Source of the DNA: Callorhinchus milii
Lineage: Eukaryota
DNA length: 64,000 nt
Direction of reading: 5' to 3'
Assembly (NCBI RefSeq): GCF_018977255.1
Contig: NW_024704742.1
Span: forward strand, 62,870,001 to 62,934,000
The first letter of the stretch is position 1, and each line of letters begins with the position of its first letter. Made by a program: the position numbers and the translations under genes. Positions 1 to 11,032 of this stretch are shown here, one piece after another. The notes under the pieces were generated by a model that ran no database searches, had not been told where the DNA came from, and was given only the letters and a program-made list of their open reading frames with translations.

Positions 1-329
1 AATAATATAATAATAATTAACCTCAGATTTGATATAGCTGTCACAGGGATGTCTAAAACACTTAACAGGATTCATCTGTACAGTTAAAGGTAATGGCACT
101 ATGTTGTGTGGGTGAACACAATGTGTCTATTTTTCTTCTTTTCATGTATGTATCCTCAAGGCGGGGGAGACGATTGGGATCTTCTTGGAGCTCAGATGCC
201 CCCAAGGTGACATTCTTGGCCACATGTCAGAATGTCAGAAGTGACCCAACCCTTGATGGTGATTTCTGAAGTCCGGTTTCTGAGCCAAGTAGGTTTGCAG
301 TATTCTAAGGTATTGCTGATGGCAGACCA

Positions 330-480
330 GGAACACTGCTCAGCAGTAGGACTTGGAGATGGTCACTTGGAGCAGGGATTCTTCCAACCCAGCTCCTGTC
401 AATCCTGAAAACCAAAGCCCTAATGGATAGGACAGCTCTAGCCGAACAAGCAGAGGGAAGCTTGCCAGAAAGTGCTTTTA
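330..480 (-). repeat. Old interspersed repeat (unnamed family A), copy 1
   Basis: The reverse complement aligns by eye with 50013-50165 (agcactttctggcaag...ccattagg...atccctgctc...tctccaagtccta.tgctgag). Confidence 0.6.
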
Positions 481-591
481 ATGGCGAATTATGCAGTTTT
501 AGCTAGGTAAACTTCAACAGTACACCAATGCACACTCTGGGGTTCCCAAGCCTTGGCTTTTGCCAATCTGTGCCAAATAATCTATGGAATC

Positions 592-700
592 AGGTAAATA
601 GGGAGTGAGTGTGCAATCCATTCCGGACACAGGGAAATGTCCATCTGTACATGGATACTCTTAAGCATGGCAATGGGTTTCCACATGTGTCAGATACCTG
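592..700 (+). repeat. Old interspersed repeat (unnamed family B, possibly a SINE)
   Basis: gtgtgca..ccattcc.ga...ggaaat.tccat..gta...ttaagcatg...ggg.ttccacatg is shared with the reverse complement of 49692-49845. It is partly shared with 2915-2965, 31034-31145 and 61355-61465. Confidence 0.55.
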
Positions 701-900
701 CTTAACCAAAATATCCTTAGATTTCTGGTGATAATCTAATATAACAAGTTCAATGTGACAATATGAAGAAAGTTAAGTAATTAATGCCAGTACATCTTGA
801 CTTTCTATGCAGTAAGAACAAATGCATTCAGAAATGATTGTCAGGGCAACACCTTTAACATAGCTTCTTTATATCAGTACATAAACTGCAACAGAGTAAT

Positions 901-1320
901 TACAACAACAACTTGCACTTACATAGTTTCCTCCATTCAACAATGCTTTCCAGAACTTTGGCAAAGAAGGACAAGTTGGAAATGGGATGATAGTGTGCAA
1001 GATTAGAGGGATCAAGGTTGGGATTTTTGAGGAAAAGTCTGAATACAGCGGTTTTCAAGGGGAGTGGAATAGAGCCTGAGGAGAGAGACTGGTTGACCGT
1101 GTCAGCCATCAGTAGGGAGAGAAGGGGGAGTTGAGTGACCAGCAGTTGGGTGGGGAGGGGGTTTAGGCAGCAGGTGGTTCTTCATGCAGAAGATGCACCA
1201 TCTTCATGCAGGTGATGGTGGTTGAGAGGGAGGAGGGAGAAATGGAGGCAAAGGAGTGTAAGGAGGTAGGAGTGGCAGGAGCTGTAGCAGAGGGGGAAGG
1301 TGAGGTGGACAGTGACATGT
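901..1320 (-). mobile_element. L2 LINE ORF2 fragment (pre-RT region) joined to an L2-type 3' tail
   Basis: Translates as PLPLKTAVFRLFLKNPNLDPSNLAHYHPISNLSFFAKVLE (L2 'KTA..P.LKK..LDP..L.NYRPISNL.F..KVLE'). It ends in ctatgtaagtgcaagttgttgttg. Confidence 0.85.
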
Positions 1321-1479
1321 GGGCTGAGGATACATGGAAAGCCTCATTTGCACATGGAAAGCCACATTTAAAGGACAATTTTATATAGATGATTTGAAAT
1401 GCAAGAAACACAAACGTTAAGGCATTAGGCAACCAAAGTAGAATTAAAATGAGGTAACAAATGACATCCTCTCTCTCTG

Positions 1480-2597
1480 TGACTAGAGCTCCATCTGCCT
1501 CCTTGTTCTCCCAGACCTCGCTGCCGCAATCAATCATGCCATCCTTATCAACCGCCTCTCCTCCCTCATCTGCCTTAGTGGAACTGGAATCACATGGTTT
1601 TAGTCCTAGTTAACAAACTGCCAACAATATATCTTGGCAAATGGTTTTTCGTCCTGCCCCCGCCCGGTCACTTGCGGGCCATTCCAAGGCTCCATCCTTG
1701 GCTCCCATTTTTCTTCATCTAATGGCAATGTCATCTGCAGACATGAGGTCAATTTCCACATTCAAGCCGTTGACACCCATATCTACTTCTCCGTCTCCAA
1801 CTGTGACTCCCAGTCTGCTGAAATCTTGTCAGCTTGCTTCACGGACATCAAGGCCTGGCTGAGCAAAAACTTCCTGCAGATGAACGTCAGCAATACAGAA
1901 GCCATACTCTTTGGCTCCTGTCAACATCTTCTCTCCTGCAGATCTGAACTCCTCAACTTCCCCGGGCTCCGCATCAGAGTGCACAATTTAGGCATTGGGT
2001 TCGATCTGCAGCTTTCCTTTCTACCCCATATCTGTTCCCTGACCAAGGCTGCTTGTTTCCACCTTGGTCACGTTGCCTGCCTCCATCCGTACCTTACAAC
2101 CAACGCAGATAAAACCCTTGTCCACTCTTTCGTCATTTCCCAGTTAGACTATTCCAATGCTCTTCTCGTTGGGCTCCCCAGCTCCACATACACAAACTTC
2201 AACTAATTCAAACTCTGATGCCCGGATACTCACCTACACAAAACTCTGTATTCTCATCATACCAGTCCTTGCCAGGTTGCTCTGGCTCCCAATTAAGGAA
2301 TGGATCGATTTCAAGATCCTCAAACTTGTTTTCAAATCTCTGGCCTCCTATTCATCCCTCATTCCCTCCGCTCCACCATCAGTGGCTGTGCCTTCAGGCA
2401 CTACTGTGCAAATCTCTGGAGCTCTCTCCCTCAATCCCTCCACCCCCACTTTCAAATCCCGCCTAAAGATCCTGCTTTTTGTTCATGCTTGCGGTCACCT
2501 CTCTGCTCCCTCACCCCCTGGCTCAGCGTCAGACTCCGCCACTGTCAAATGTTCCGGGATGCTTCCTCATTATATAAATGCACATTGTTGTTGTTAA
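1480..2597 (+). mobile_element. L2 LINE, decayed RT C-terminal half plus 3' end
   Basis: Contains GPFQGSILG, decayed YADD (QAVDTHIY), DIKAWLSKNFLQMN, LVHSFVISQLDYSNALLVGLP and WLPIKEWIDFKIL. The tail is tatataaatgcacattgttgttgtt. Confidence 0.92.
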
Positions 2598-2864
2598 AAG
2601 AATTAGATGTGTCTATCGTGCTGCTGATAGAGTGGCAGTTGTGAAGTATGTTTGCAGAACTAATTTAATCTTGTGTCAAATGCTTCTACCCAATTACTGT
2701 GGTGACCATTAAGACTGGTGTCAAATTTACCAATCTCGTCTGTTCCATCCAATACCTGTTCAATTGGTTTATGCACAGTTCCAGCTCTATGCCTTGTTAC
2801 AGTTCCTTTAAAGGAACCCTGCTATTATCATGAAACTGCTCTTGGCACTCATTCTGTCTGGTGA

Positions 2865-3310
2865 AGAACAACAATTTACATTTATATAACGCCTTTCACG
2901 TTGGCTCAAAGTGTGTGAGTGAGTGTGCATTCCATTCCAGACCCAAGGAAGTGTTCAAATCTGACTGGGAGTCCAAGCTGGGGGAACTGAGGAGGGTGGG
3001 TGGAGAGGGGAAGGTGACACTCAGTGTAATTGAAAAGACAGGTAAACAATAACTTGCATTTATATAGAACTTTTCCTGCAGGATAGCATCTCAGAGTTCA
3101 GACTTTAAAAGTGAGGAGGGAGGAACTCCAGAATGTAGTTACAGTGAGTAGGGGCAGAATGGCTGAAAGCTCGCCAATTGATGGTGGGATAGGGTGCATT
3201 GGGGGACGTGTCTGTGGAGCAGAGGATCAGTCAGACGATTGGATTGCAGGAGGTTGCAGAGGTAGGGAGGAACAAGACTGTGCAGGGATTTGAATGCAAA
3301 TAATTGGAAA
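2865..3310 (-). mobile_element. Decayed L2 3' fragments
   Basis: Has aacaacttgcatttatatag tails and an AFKSLHSLVPPYLCNLL motif. Confidence 0.7.
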
Positions 3311-3479
3311 GTCACTTTACTTGTGTGACAAATATATACCAATGTATAGGAAAGTGATTAAGGTGATTTGAGGCAATATATGTCATTGCAATATTTATTT
3401 TTGATTTGTTTTATCATTAATACTTTTCAACCAATTTGTTCCAATGTCTACTCTCCTAAAGACATTTTACCCTTCTTTT

Positions 3480-3625
3480 CCAGTCTCCTGGAGAATGGTT
3501 CCTCAGGCACTAGTTGACCTCTGGTACTTTGCCCAAGTGTTTGTTTCTCATGTGTGAATCATGATATTAAGCAACAACAGACTGCTTGAAAGCAAGGACG
3601 TTGAAGCTGTACCTAATCCTGTGCA
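3480..3625 (-). mobile_element. AmnSINE2-like ancient SINE remnant
   Basis: ggtactttgcccaagtg...tcatgtgtga...cctaatcctgt resembles the AmnSINE2-type body as recalled from memory; not aligned. Confidence 0.4.
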
Positions 3626-3744
3626 TAATAATAATCCTTGCATTTGATATAGCCTCCTTTCATATCGAGAGGATATCTCAATAGAATTCAAAGGATTTTA
3701 CTGTAAAATATAGGGAGTGTGTAGAGGTTAGCTCAGCTGGCGGT

Positions 3745-4000
3745 GTCAGCCTGGATGACTTGTTGCACTCTTACCTCTGAATCAGATGTTTTTGAGTTTA
3801 AGTTCTACTTTGGGACGTTGAACTCATATAATCTCGACTGGTATTCCAATACATTGCTGGGGCGTGCTGCAGTGTTCAGAGGTGATATCCTGTGGATGAC
3901 ACATTAAATCAGGATTGCATCTACCTGTTCGTGTAAACATTGAAAACCCCATGACACCATTTGCAAAAAGAAAGGAGTCTCTCCCGGTCTCTTGACCAAT
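3745..4000 (+). mobile_element. Deu-domain SINE (SacSINE1/AmnSINE1-like)
   Basis: The tRNA-like head (gcactcttacctctgaatcaga..g.gttcaag) is followed by the Deu domain (gtgctgca.tgt.agaggtg...ggatga.acattaaa...acctgttc...ccatg.cac). Confidence 0.8.
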
Positions 4001-4522
4001 AATTCATCTGAAAGTATAAAAAAAAACTGGGCTTTCAACTGACCGTAGAATCTTTTTTTTTAAAATGTTAGAATTTAAAGCAAAACCGTTTTGATTCATT
4101 CCGTGAGACTCCTGTAAAATGATTACAATTATTGATGCCAAAACGGGCATGGCAGTTGGAAAAACATTTGAGATTGGGGTCTTGACTGGAAAAAGCATCC
4201 CAAGACATAAATAATAACAGTAATGATAATAACAATTCTTACATTTGATGCATTGCCTTTCATATCAGGAGAATGTATTTCACGTCAGGAGTGCATTTCC
4301 TGCAGGGAGCCTTGTGTATCTCAAACCGATCTGAACCCCTTTGCAACTGAGTTCTTATAGGTCACAGGCATGACATATGTGGAGTTTTCTTAACTAGATG
4401 AATGTTACCTCGAGACACTTCCAGAAGTACCTTTCTCAGTAGGAAGCGTCAGTCACGCTAATGACTGCTTTTCCATCCCCAATTTTTTCAAGGAAAATCA
4501 ACATGATTCTTTTCTATTACAG

Positions 4523-4758
4523 GAACATAAGAACATAAGAAATAGGAGCAGGAGTAGGCAATTCGGCCCCTCGAGCCTGCCCCACCATTTAATAAGATGA
4601 CGGCTGATCTTCTAACCTAATTCCATTTACCTGCCCTATCTCCATATAATAATAATAATCATAATCCTTGCATTTGATATAGCGCTTTTCACGTCTTCTC
4701 GATGTCTCAAAGTCATATCCCTTAATCTCATTAGTTTTTAAAAATCTATCAATCTCAG
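4523..4758 (-). mobile_element. CR1 3' end interrupted by a SINE tail (4648-4713)
   Basis: gaacataagaacataagaaataggagcaggagtaggc is the CR1 terminus. The TSD CATAT lies at 4643-4647 and 4714-4718. Confidence 0.85.
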
Positions 4759-5955
4759 GAAGGAATGTGGCCTAACATTTTGCAAGGAACGAATGTGGTT
4801 AACATCAGTCCAAGACCAGCTTTGGCGGCAGCTCAGCTCACTCTGTGTACAATGCGGTACTGAAGACTTGGACTACTGTCATTCAACCCATTCTTGCTAC
4901 GATATGCTGAATATTCCCTGAAGAAGGGTGATGTGAAAAGGATTGATATTCTCTTGACAGCACCTAACATGCATGGAATAAAATTGCATTGCTATTGAAC
5001 TGACACACGCTCATTAATTCTGGGTGAAAGTATTAATCTACAATAGATAAAGGTTAGGGCTCAGTAATAATTTTAAAATGGTGGTTCAAACCTCAATCTA
5101 TGCTGAAGTTTAAATGTCATGTTGCACAGGTAAAGGTTAGTATTAGCAAGTCAGATTTAAAGAATCATTCTCGTTTTACTGTGCTACTCTGATGTAAACG
5201 GAGCAAACTGTTAATCACTGAAGAAGGAAAAATATTGAAAATGTTAAATTATTCAATTCAAATTGAAAATATCTGCAGCTATAGTATCTCTTTTCATTGA
5301 CCTTTCCCAAGACTGTTAAAATGCACAATAAAAGCAAAGTATAAATCATTAAAAAATTCCTGCAATAATTACTTCTGCTTTTCTAACCTATAAGTTGCAC
5401 TTCAGGCTCTGTATGATTGTAAATCTCTGGCTTGCTAGCTTTTTAATGTAAAGGCTTAACCTGAGATAGCCTCTTGGCAAAGTACATAATTACTAATACA
5501 ATGGGTGGTGAAAAAGCAGGAGGTTTCATCTTCATTGTTGGTTCTTCATCTTGCCCCAATCCACTCTGAAGGTTAGTGATCAATAATCATTCAGAAAGGC
5601 CATCGAGGGAAGCATTCAGCATGGCTTAGACAATTCCCCTAAGTATTGGAGATTATCAACCCATGCCTTATGTTTTTCGCAGTCTCCACAGGTCAGAAAT
5701 GGAACATGATACAGAGGTATCAAAAGAAGACCTGGTAGAGCACTTCAAGGGCAGTACCAGTACTACATCAACAACAACTTGAATTTATATAGCACACTTC
5801 ACATGGGATGGGATCCCCAGCTGCTGTACTACACAGGAAGTGTCAAACATTCAGCTTCCAGTGCTGGTGAGTTGGTTTCCTCTGCTAAAAAAACATCCAG
5901 CTTCAAAAGCATCTTGATCCTATGATGGGAAGACAGAACAATGAGTATTCTGGAA

Positions 5956-6266
5956 GGATTCCTGTGGCTCAGTGGTTAGAGCACTTGCCTTGCAAGCGAG
6001 ACAACTGGGTTCAATTCCAGGCAGGACGAAACCTTAGGCAAGTTTCCTTACTCCACACACCTAATAATAATCCCTCCAAAACAAAACAAAAATAAATTGG
6101 TCATTTTCAATCCATGACTGTTTGTGGGACACTGCTGTATGCAATGGCTGCCACATTTTGCCCACATATATACAGTCAAATCACTTTACAGTATATTCTG
6201 TGAAGCGCTTTGAGATGTTGAGAAGACGTGAAAAGCGCTATATCAAATGCAAGGATTATTATTATT
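5956..6266 (+). mobile_element. tRNA-Ala-derived SINE, short subfamily, full length
   Basis: Has an A box (tggctcagtgg), anticodon loop TTGCAA, B box (gttcaattcc), accttaggcaagtttcc body and tail gcgctatatcaaatgcaagg(att)n. Confidence 0.9.
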
Positions 6267-6764
6267 AATATAAGGATGAGATCAAATGGGCTGAAAGGCC
6301 TCTCCGCTTGACTGGCTCCTGAATTATTATGGAGATAGCATGTTAGAATAAGGAAAGAGAAGCTACCCCATTCTAACATGCTGACTCAATAATAATTGGT
6401 TGCGCTTGAGGTAAATAAATCATTTATTGATTCTCTAAATACAGTCTTGCTCCAAAACATCAGTTTTTCTGCAAAGGGCAACATCAATTAATATATTAAT
6501 TTCTTTTGTGAGATGTTTCGCCAACAAAATATACAGTTAATTCACTTTACAGTATATTCTGTGAAGCACTTTGAGACATCTCAACAATGTGATAAGGCGC
6601 TATATCAAATGCAAGGATTATTATTATTATTTCATATCTTCCAAATCTAATTCCACAGAGTTGCTTCAAAACCCCAACATCACTATGAAAGAGAAAAACG
6701 AAGATGGTGAAGATGGTAACAAAGTGGCTGAACAGGAGAGATGCAATGCAACCCCTTTGTACAG

Positions 6765-7135
6765 GTGCCAGCCTAGCTCAGTTGGTGGTACTCTTTCTTC
6801 TGAGTCAGATGGTTGTGGGTTCAAATCCCCAAATCCCCAAAGCGGGATTTGATGCTAATGCTATGCTAGGGGAGCGCTCGGATGAGATGTTAAATTGAGG
6901 ACCTGTCTAACTGTTCAGGTGGATATAAAAGATCCCATGGCACTATTTGAAAATTGAAGGGAGTTTCTCCTAGTGTTCTGGCCAACCATCCCTGAGATAA
7001 AATTGATCATTCACTTCATGGTTTGCACGTTCCTGTGCACAAACTGGTAGCTGTATTTCACAGTTAAATTCACAGTTAAAACCTTACGAAGTGCATTAAG
7101 ACATTTTGACTAGGTTAAAGATGCTGTATGAAATC
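6765..7135 (+). mobile_element. Deu-domain SINE
   Basis: ctgagtcagatggttgtgggttcaaatcc head; ggatgagatgttaaattgagg...gttcaggtggatataaaagatcccatggcactatttgaa. Confidence 0.85.
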
Positions 7136-7696
7136 CAAAGGATGCATTATTTAAAAATAGTGCTGCTGAAATCTTTGCAGGAATTCTCATCTTCACCAGG
7201 ATTCTAAGCAGCACAATCTCTGCATAGAACCATATATGTTTGAGATACTTCAATTCACTTTACAGTATGTTCTGTGAAATACTTTGAGAAGTCTCAATGA
7301 AGTGATAAGGCGCTATATCAAATTCAAAGATTAATCAATTCATTAATGCTTCAAATCAGTCTGGTCTTTCAGTCAGCATGTCCTGAAACATGTTACCAGA
7401 TAAAATGGACCACACTGATATTGTTAGTGACACTGTGAAGTCTGATTTTATCCACACCGTACACTGTCAGAACAACATTGGGCTATCCTGTACAATTAGA
7501 CTGGACACAATGCCCCAAGACGTCTCTGCAATGAATCTGTTCACCACCAGTCAGAAGCTGGAAAGTGGTAACCCTTGTTCTCTCGTGCTACCGGGTTGTC
7601 ACTCAGAGCTCCCTTGACTCCTCTGAAGACCAAGCTATATGGTATCAAACCAGCATCCAGGTCCTCAGTGTTCAGAGGATCCTTTGAGTGATAGGT

Positions 7697-7950
7697 TCAA
7701 TCCCCATCAGGGCCAAACCTTGGGCAAGTTTCCCTACTCCACACGCCTGATAATAGACCCTCAAGAAAAATAATAATAATTAGGTCACTCAATCCACGAC
7801 TGTTTGTGGGACACTGCTGTGCGCAATTGGCTGCCCCATTTCACCCACAAATATAATCAATTCACTTTACAGTATATTCTGTGAAGCGTTTTGAAACATC
7901 TAGGATATGTGAAAAGCTCTATATCAAATGCAAAGATTATTATTATTATT
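7697..7950 (+). mobile_element. tRNA-Ala SINE, short subfamily, 5'-truncated
   Basis: Same body and tail as 5956-6266. Confidence 0.85.
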
Positions 7951-8996
7951 TTATCATATAACGTAACACATATTGAACTGAGTAATATTGTAAAAAAAGT
8001 AATACTTCACAACCACTCCATTTATATGGGAAGTCGTAGAATGAGAAAATTACAGCACATAAGGAGGAATTGGCTCACCATGTTTAGTTGGTGCTGCCTC
8101 CTCCACTGAAGCTATCTAAACCTATCCTGATTCACTGAGCTTTCCCTGTACACTCTAATATTATTTCTCTCCAAATGCTCATCCAATTCCCTTTCAAACA
8201 TTAATCTTGGCTTTATTTGCGGCAAAGCATCCCATGTTCTGATAAACCATCTGCATGAAAAAACTTGTCTAGCTCCCTTCTTTACACGTCCAGTGACAAT
8301 CCTGATCTTATATCCCCCTATTGTGGTTCCTAACCCACATTATGATTTGAGCTCATAATCTCAACTAGGAGACTAATTCAGTGCTGGCAACATTCTACTG
8401 TAGAAGATGATGTCATTCCGATGAGCTGTTTACTGTCTACCTATTTATTTGTGGAAATTCAAGATCCCATGATAATATGACATGATTATTCTTTCTTACC
8501 TTATTTTACCTACATGCCTCAATCCCTCCACCCACCCCTTTTTTCCCCATCTTCAGATTGCATTTGAAGACCTTCCTCTTCTAAATTGTCTGCGGTCACC
8601 TCCCCTTTCTCCGTAGCTTGCTGCCAAAATATACCATTATTCAGTGCTCCAAGATGCTACCCTGTGTGAAGGGTGCTATAAAAATGCAAGTTGTTGTTGT
8701 TAACTACCAGTGGAAACTTTTTGTTATTGAGAAGGAGGTTCCCTGTGCACCTTAGAGGGACTCTACTTACTTCCATGATGTTTGACACCTGGATCCAGTC
8801 TGATCTACCTGATTCGCAAAATATCAGAGTGATGGCTGGATACTGTGCACACTCATTCATATTGTGCTTTGCTGGGATGGCAACTCTAGATTGATTACTG
8901 TTAGTAAGCACCCAATAAAGTGAGGGGAAAAAATGAAACAATTTTTTAAATTCTTGCATTTAACAATGATCAGTAACATCAGTAACAGTTTTATGT

Positions 8997-9305
8997 GGAG
9001 TTCTGTAGAGTAATGGTTAGCACGCTTGTATTCCAAGTGAAACCCAGGTTCAATTTCAAGGCAGGGCGAAACCTTAGGCACGTTTTCTTACTCCACACAC
9101 TTATGTTTACCTAGCAGAATGTAGAAACCCAGTTATTAGTCAATTGACAGATCACTTTCCGGGTGCAATAATCCCTCCATTCATTCCACAACTGTTGTGG
9201 GACACTACTGTGCACAATTTTCTACCACATTTCACCCACAAAACACACAATCAATTCACTTTTCAATATATTTTGTAAAGTGCTTTGAGATGTCCTATTT
9301 TATGA
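8997..9305 (+). mobile_element. tRNA-Ala SINE, long subfamily
   Basis: The head is followed by the tgtttacctagcag...aaccc.gtt.ttagtcaattg segment. Confidence 0.85.
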
Positions 9306-9579
9306 TAAATGAACAGGGAAACTAGACACTTCAAATCCTTCAGTTAATTTAGTCCCTGTATATTTTGCTTATTGCATTCAATCAATGATTATTGATCGGG
9401 AGATGTTGAAATCACTCTTTTCTGTACTAAGGTGCTTTGCACTTATATCCAAGGTCATTTTCTTGCTCCATTTTGCTTGTGCATTTTGACCTGTTGGCAA
9501 GATCCTCTAGAATTACTGAATGAGCACCTTTGATTTCAGGAACTTGAGGCTGATAGGCAAAATTAAATTAATAGGGGTC

Positions 9580-10075
9580 GGCCTTGCCTCGCAAGAGGAC
9601 CTGGGTTCGATTCCTGAGCAGGGCGAACCTTAGGCAAGTTTCCTTACACCACACGCCTCTGTTTACCTGGCAATAAGTGGGAACCTGGTTGTTATTTGAC
9701 TGGCAGATCGCTTTTCTGGGGTTAATAATCCTTTTAAAAAAATAATAATTTGGTCACTCAATCCACGACTGTTTGTGGGACACTGCTGGGCCCAATTGGC
9801 TGCCGAGTTTTGCCCACAAAATAACCATAAAAATAATAATGATCTTTGCATTTGGTATAGTGCCTTATCACATTGTTGAGACGTCTCAAAGCGCTTCACA
9901 GGATATGCTGTAAATTGAATTAACTGTATATTTTCTGGATCAAATATGGCAGACAATTGCGCACAGCAGTGTCACAATATACAGTCAATTCACTTTACAG
10001 TATATTCTGTGAAGGGTTTTGAGACGTCTCGAAGATGTGAAGAAGCGCTATATCAAATGTAACGATTATTATTGT
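9580..10075 (+). mobile_element. tRNA-Ala SINE (long) with an antiparallel SINE 3' part nested at ~9826-9972
   Basis: The host sequence cccacaaaata|tacagtcaattc is split by a reverse-strand tail and body, with an acaa(a)ata duplication. Confidence 0.85.
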
Positions 10076-10459
10076 ATAAGTTTGCTTTCAACAAAAATTA
10101 TTCAAGAAAATGCCTTGTGGGAGATATTTGAAATTCAGGTTTATTTCCTGAGCAGTCCTCAGAACCAACTCTAGTGCTCAGCAGAGAGCTGCTCAAGCTG
10201 AACAATATCCTTTCCATTCCTGGCCTAGGAGCAGCTGAGGCAAGAAACTTCAATACTAGGTACTGTTGTGTACACTGTAATGCTCCCAGGCCTGGTTGCA
10301 TCCTGATCATCACACTGGCAAAAAAGGATGCTGATTTGCATTCCTGCATATGGATCTGCATGCTGATAGATCCCATATGTTTAACAGCTTCCTGCAACGA
10401 CTGAAGATGTGCAAGAACGGATCTCCTTGCAAGATGAGAAACCTGAAATGAGAAACCTA

Positions 10460-10745
10460 CTAAAACCTGCTCCACTTGCCCCACTTCATTTCCCAGAACT
10501 AAATCCAGCACTGCTTTCTTCCTCGTTGGGCTGGAAACATGCTGATCCAGAAGGTTCTCCTGCACACATTTCAGGAATTCCTCCCCTTCCTTGCCCTTTA
10601 CATTATGTGTTTCCCCGTCTATGTTAGGATAATTGAAATGCCCCATTATCACTACTCTATTGGTTTTGTATCTCCGAAATCTGCTTGCAGATTTGCTCAT
10701 CTATCTCCTTCTCACTATTTGGAGGTCTATAGTAAACACCTAAAA
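10460..10745 (-). mobile_element. CR1 LINE ORF2 endonuclease fragment
   Basis: VVIMGHFNYPNID...EEFLKCVQENLLDQHVSSPTRKKAVLDLVLGNE matches the CR1 APE motifs GDFNYP and PTR..A.LDLVL.NE. Confidence 0.9.
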
Positions 10746-11032
10746 GTTCTTCTGAGGATTTCTGTAACTGACTGAATATGTGTAGGTGAACATCACAACA
10801 TGGAATATTTTGTTCAAAAGGGGATAATATTTACAATATTTGCTAATGTGGTTGTTTGCCTATAAGTACATCATCACTACTGTAAAATGTAAATACATTG
10901 GAGCACTCTTAGACATTTTAAAGTGATGAAATGCTCTATCAAATGCAAGAAATATTATTATTACCATAATAATATTATTATTATCTCCCCTTCCCTCCCT
11001 CACTCCATCTCCTCTTCTCTCCCTCCATCTCC

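Noticed and set aside
10098..10700. 200-aa minus-strand ORF
   Set aside because: The N-terminal half is CR1 endonuclease. The remainder follows an acceptor-like tttcag but has no recognisable homology.
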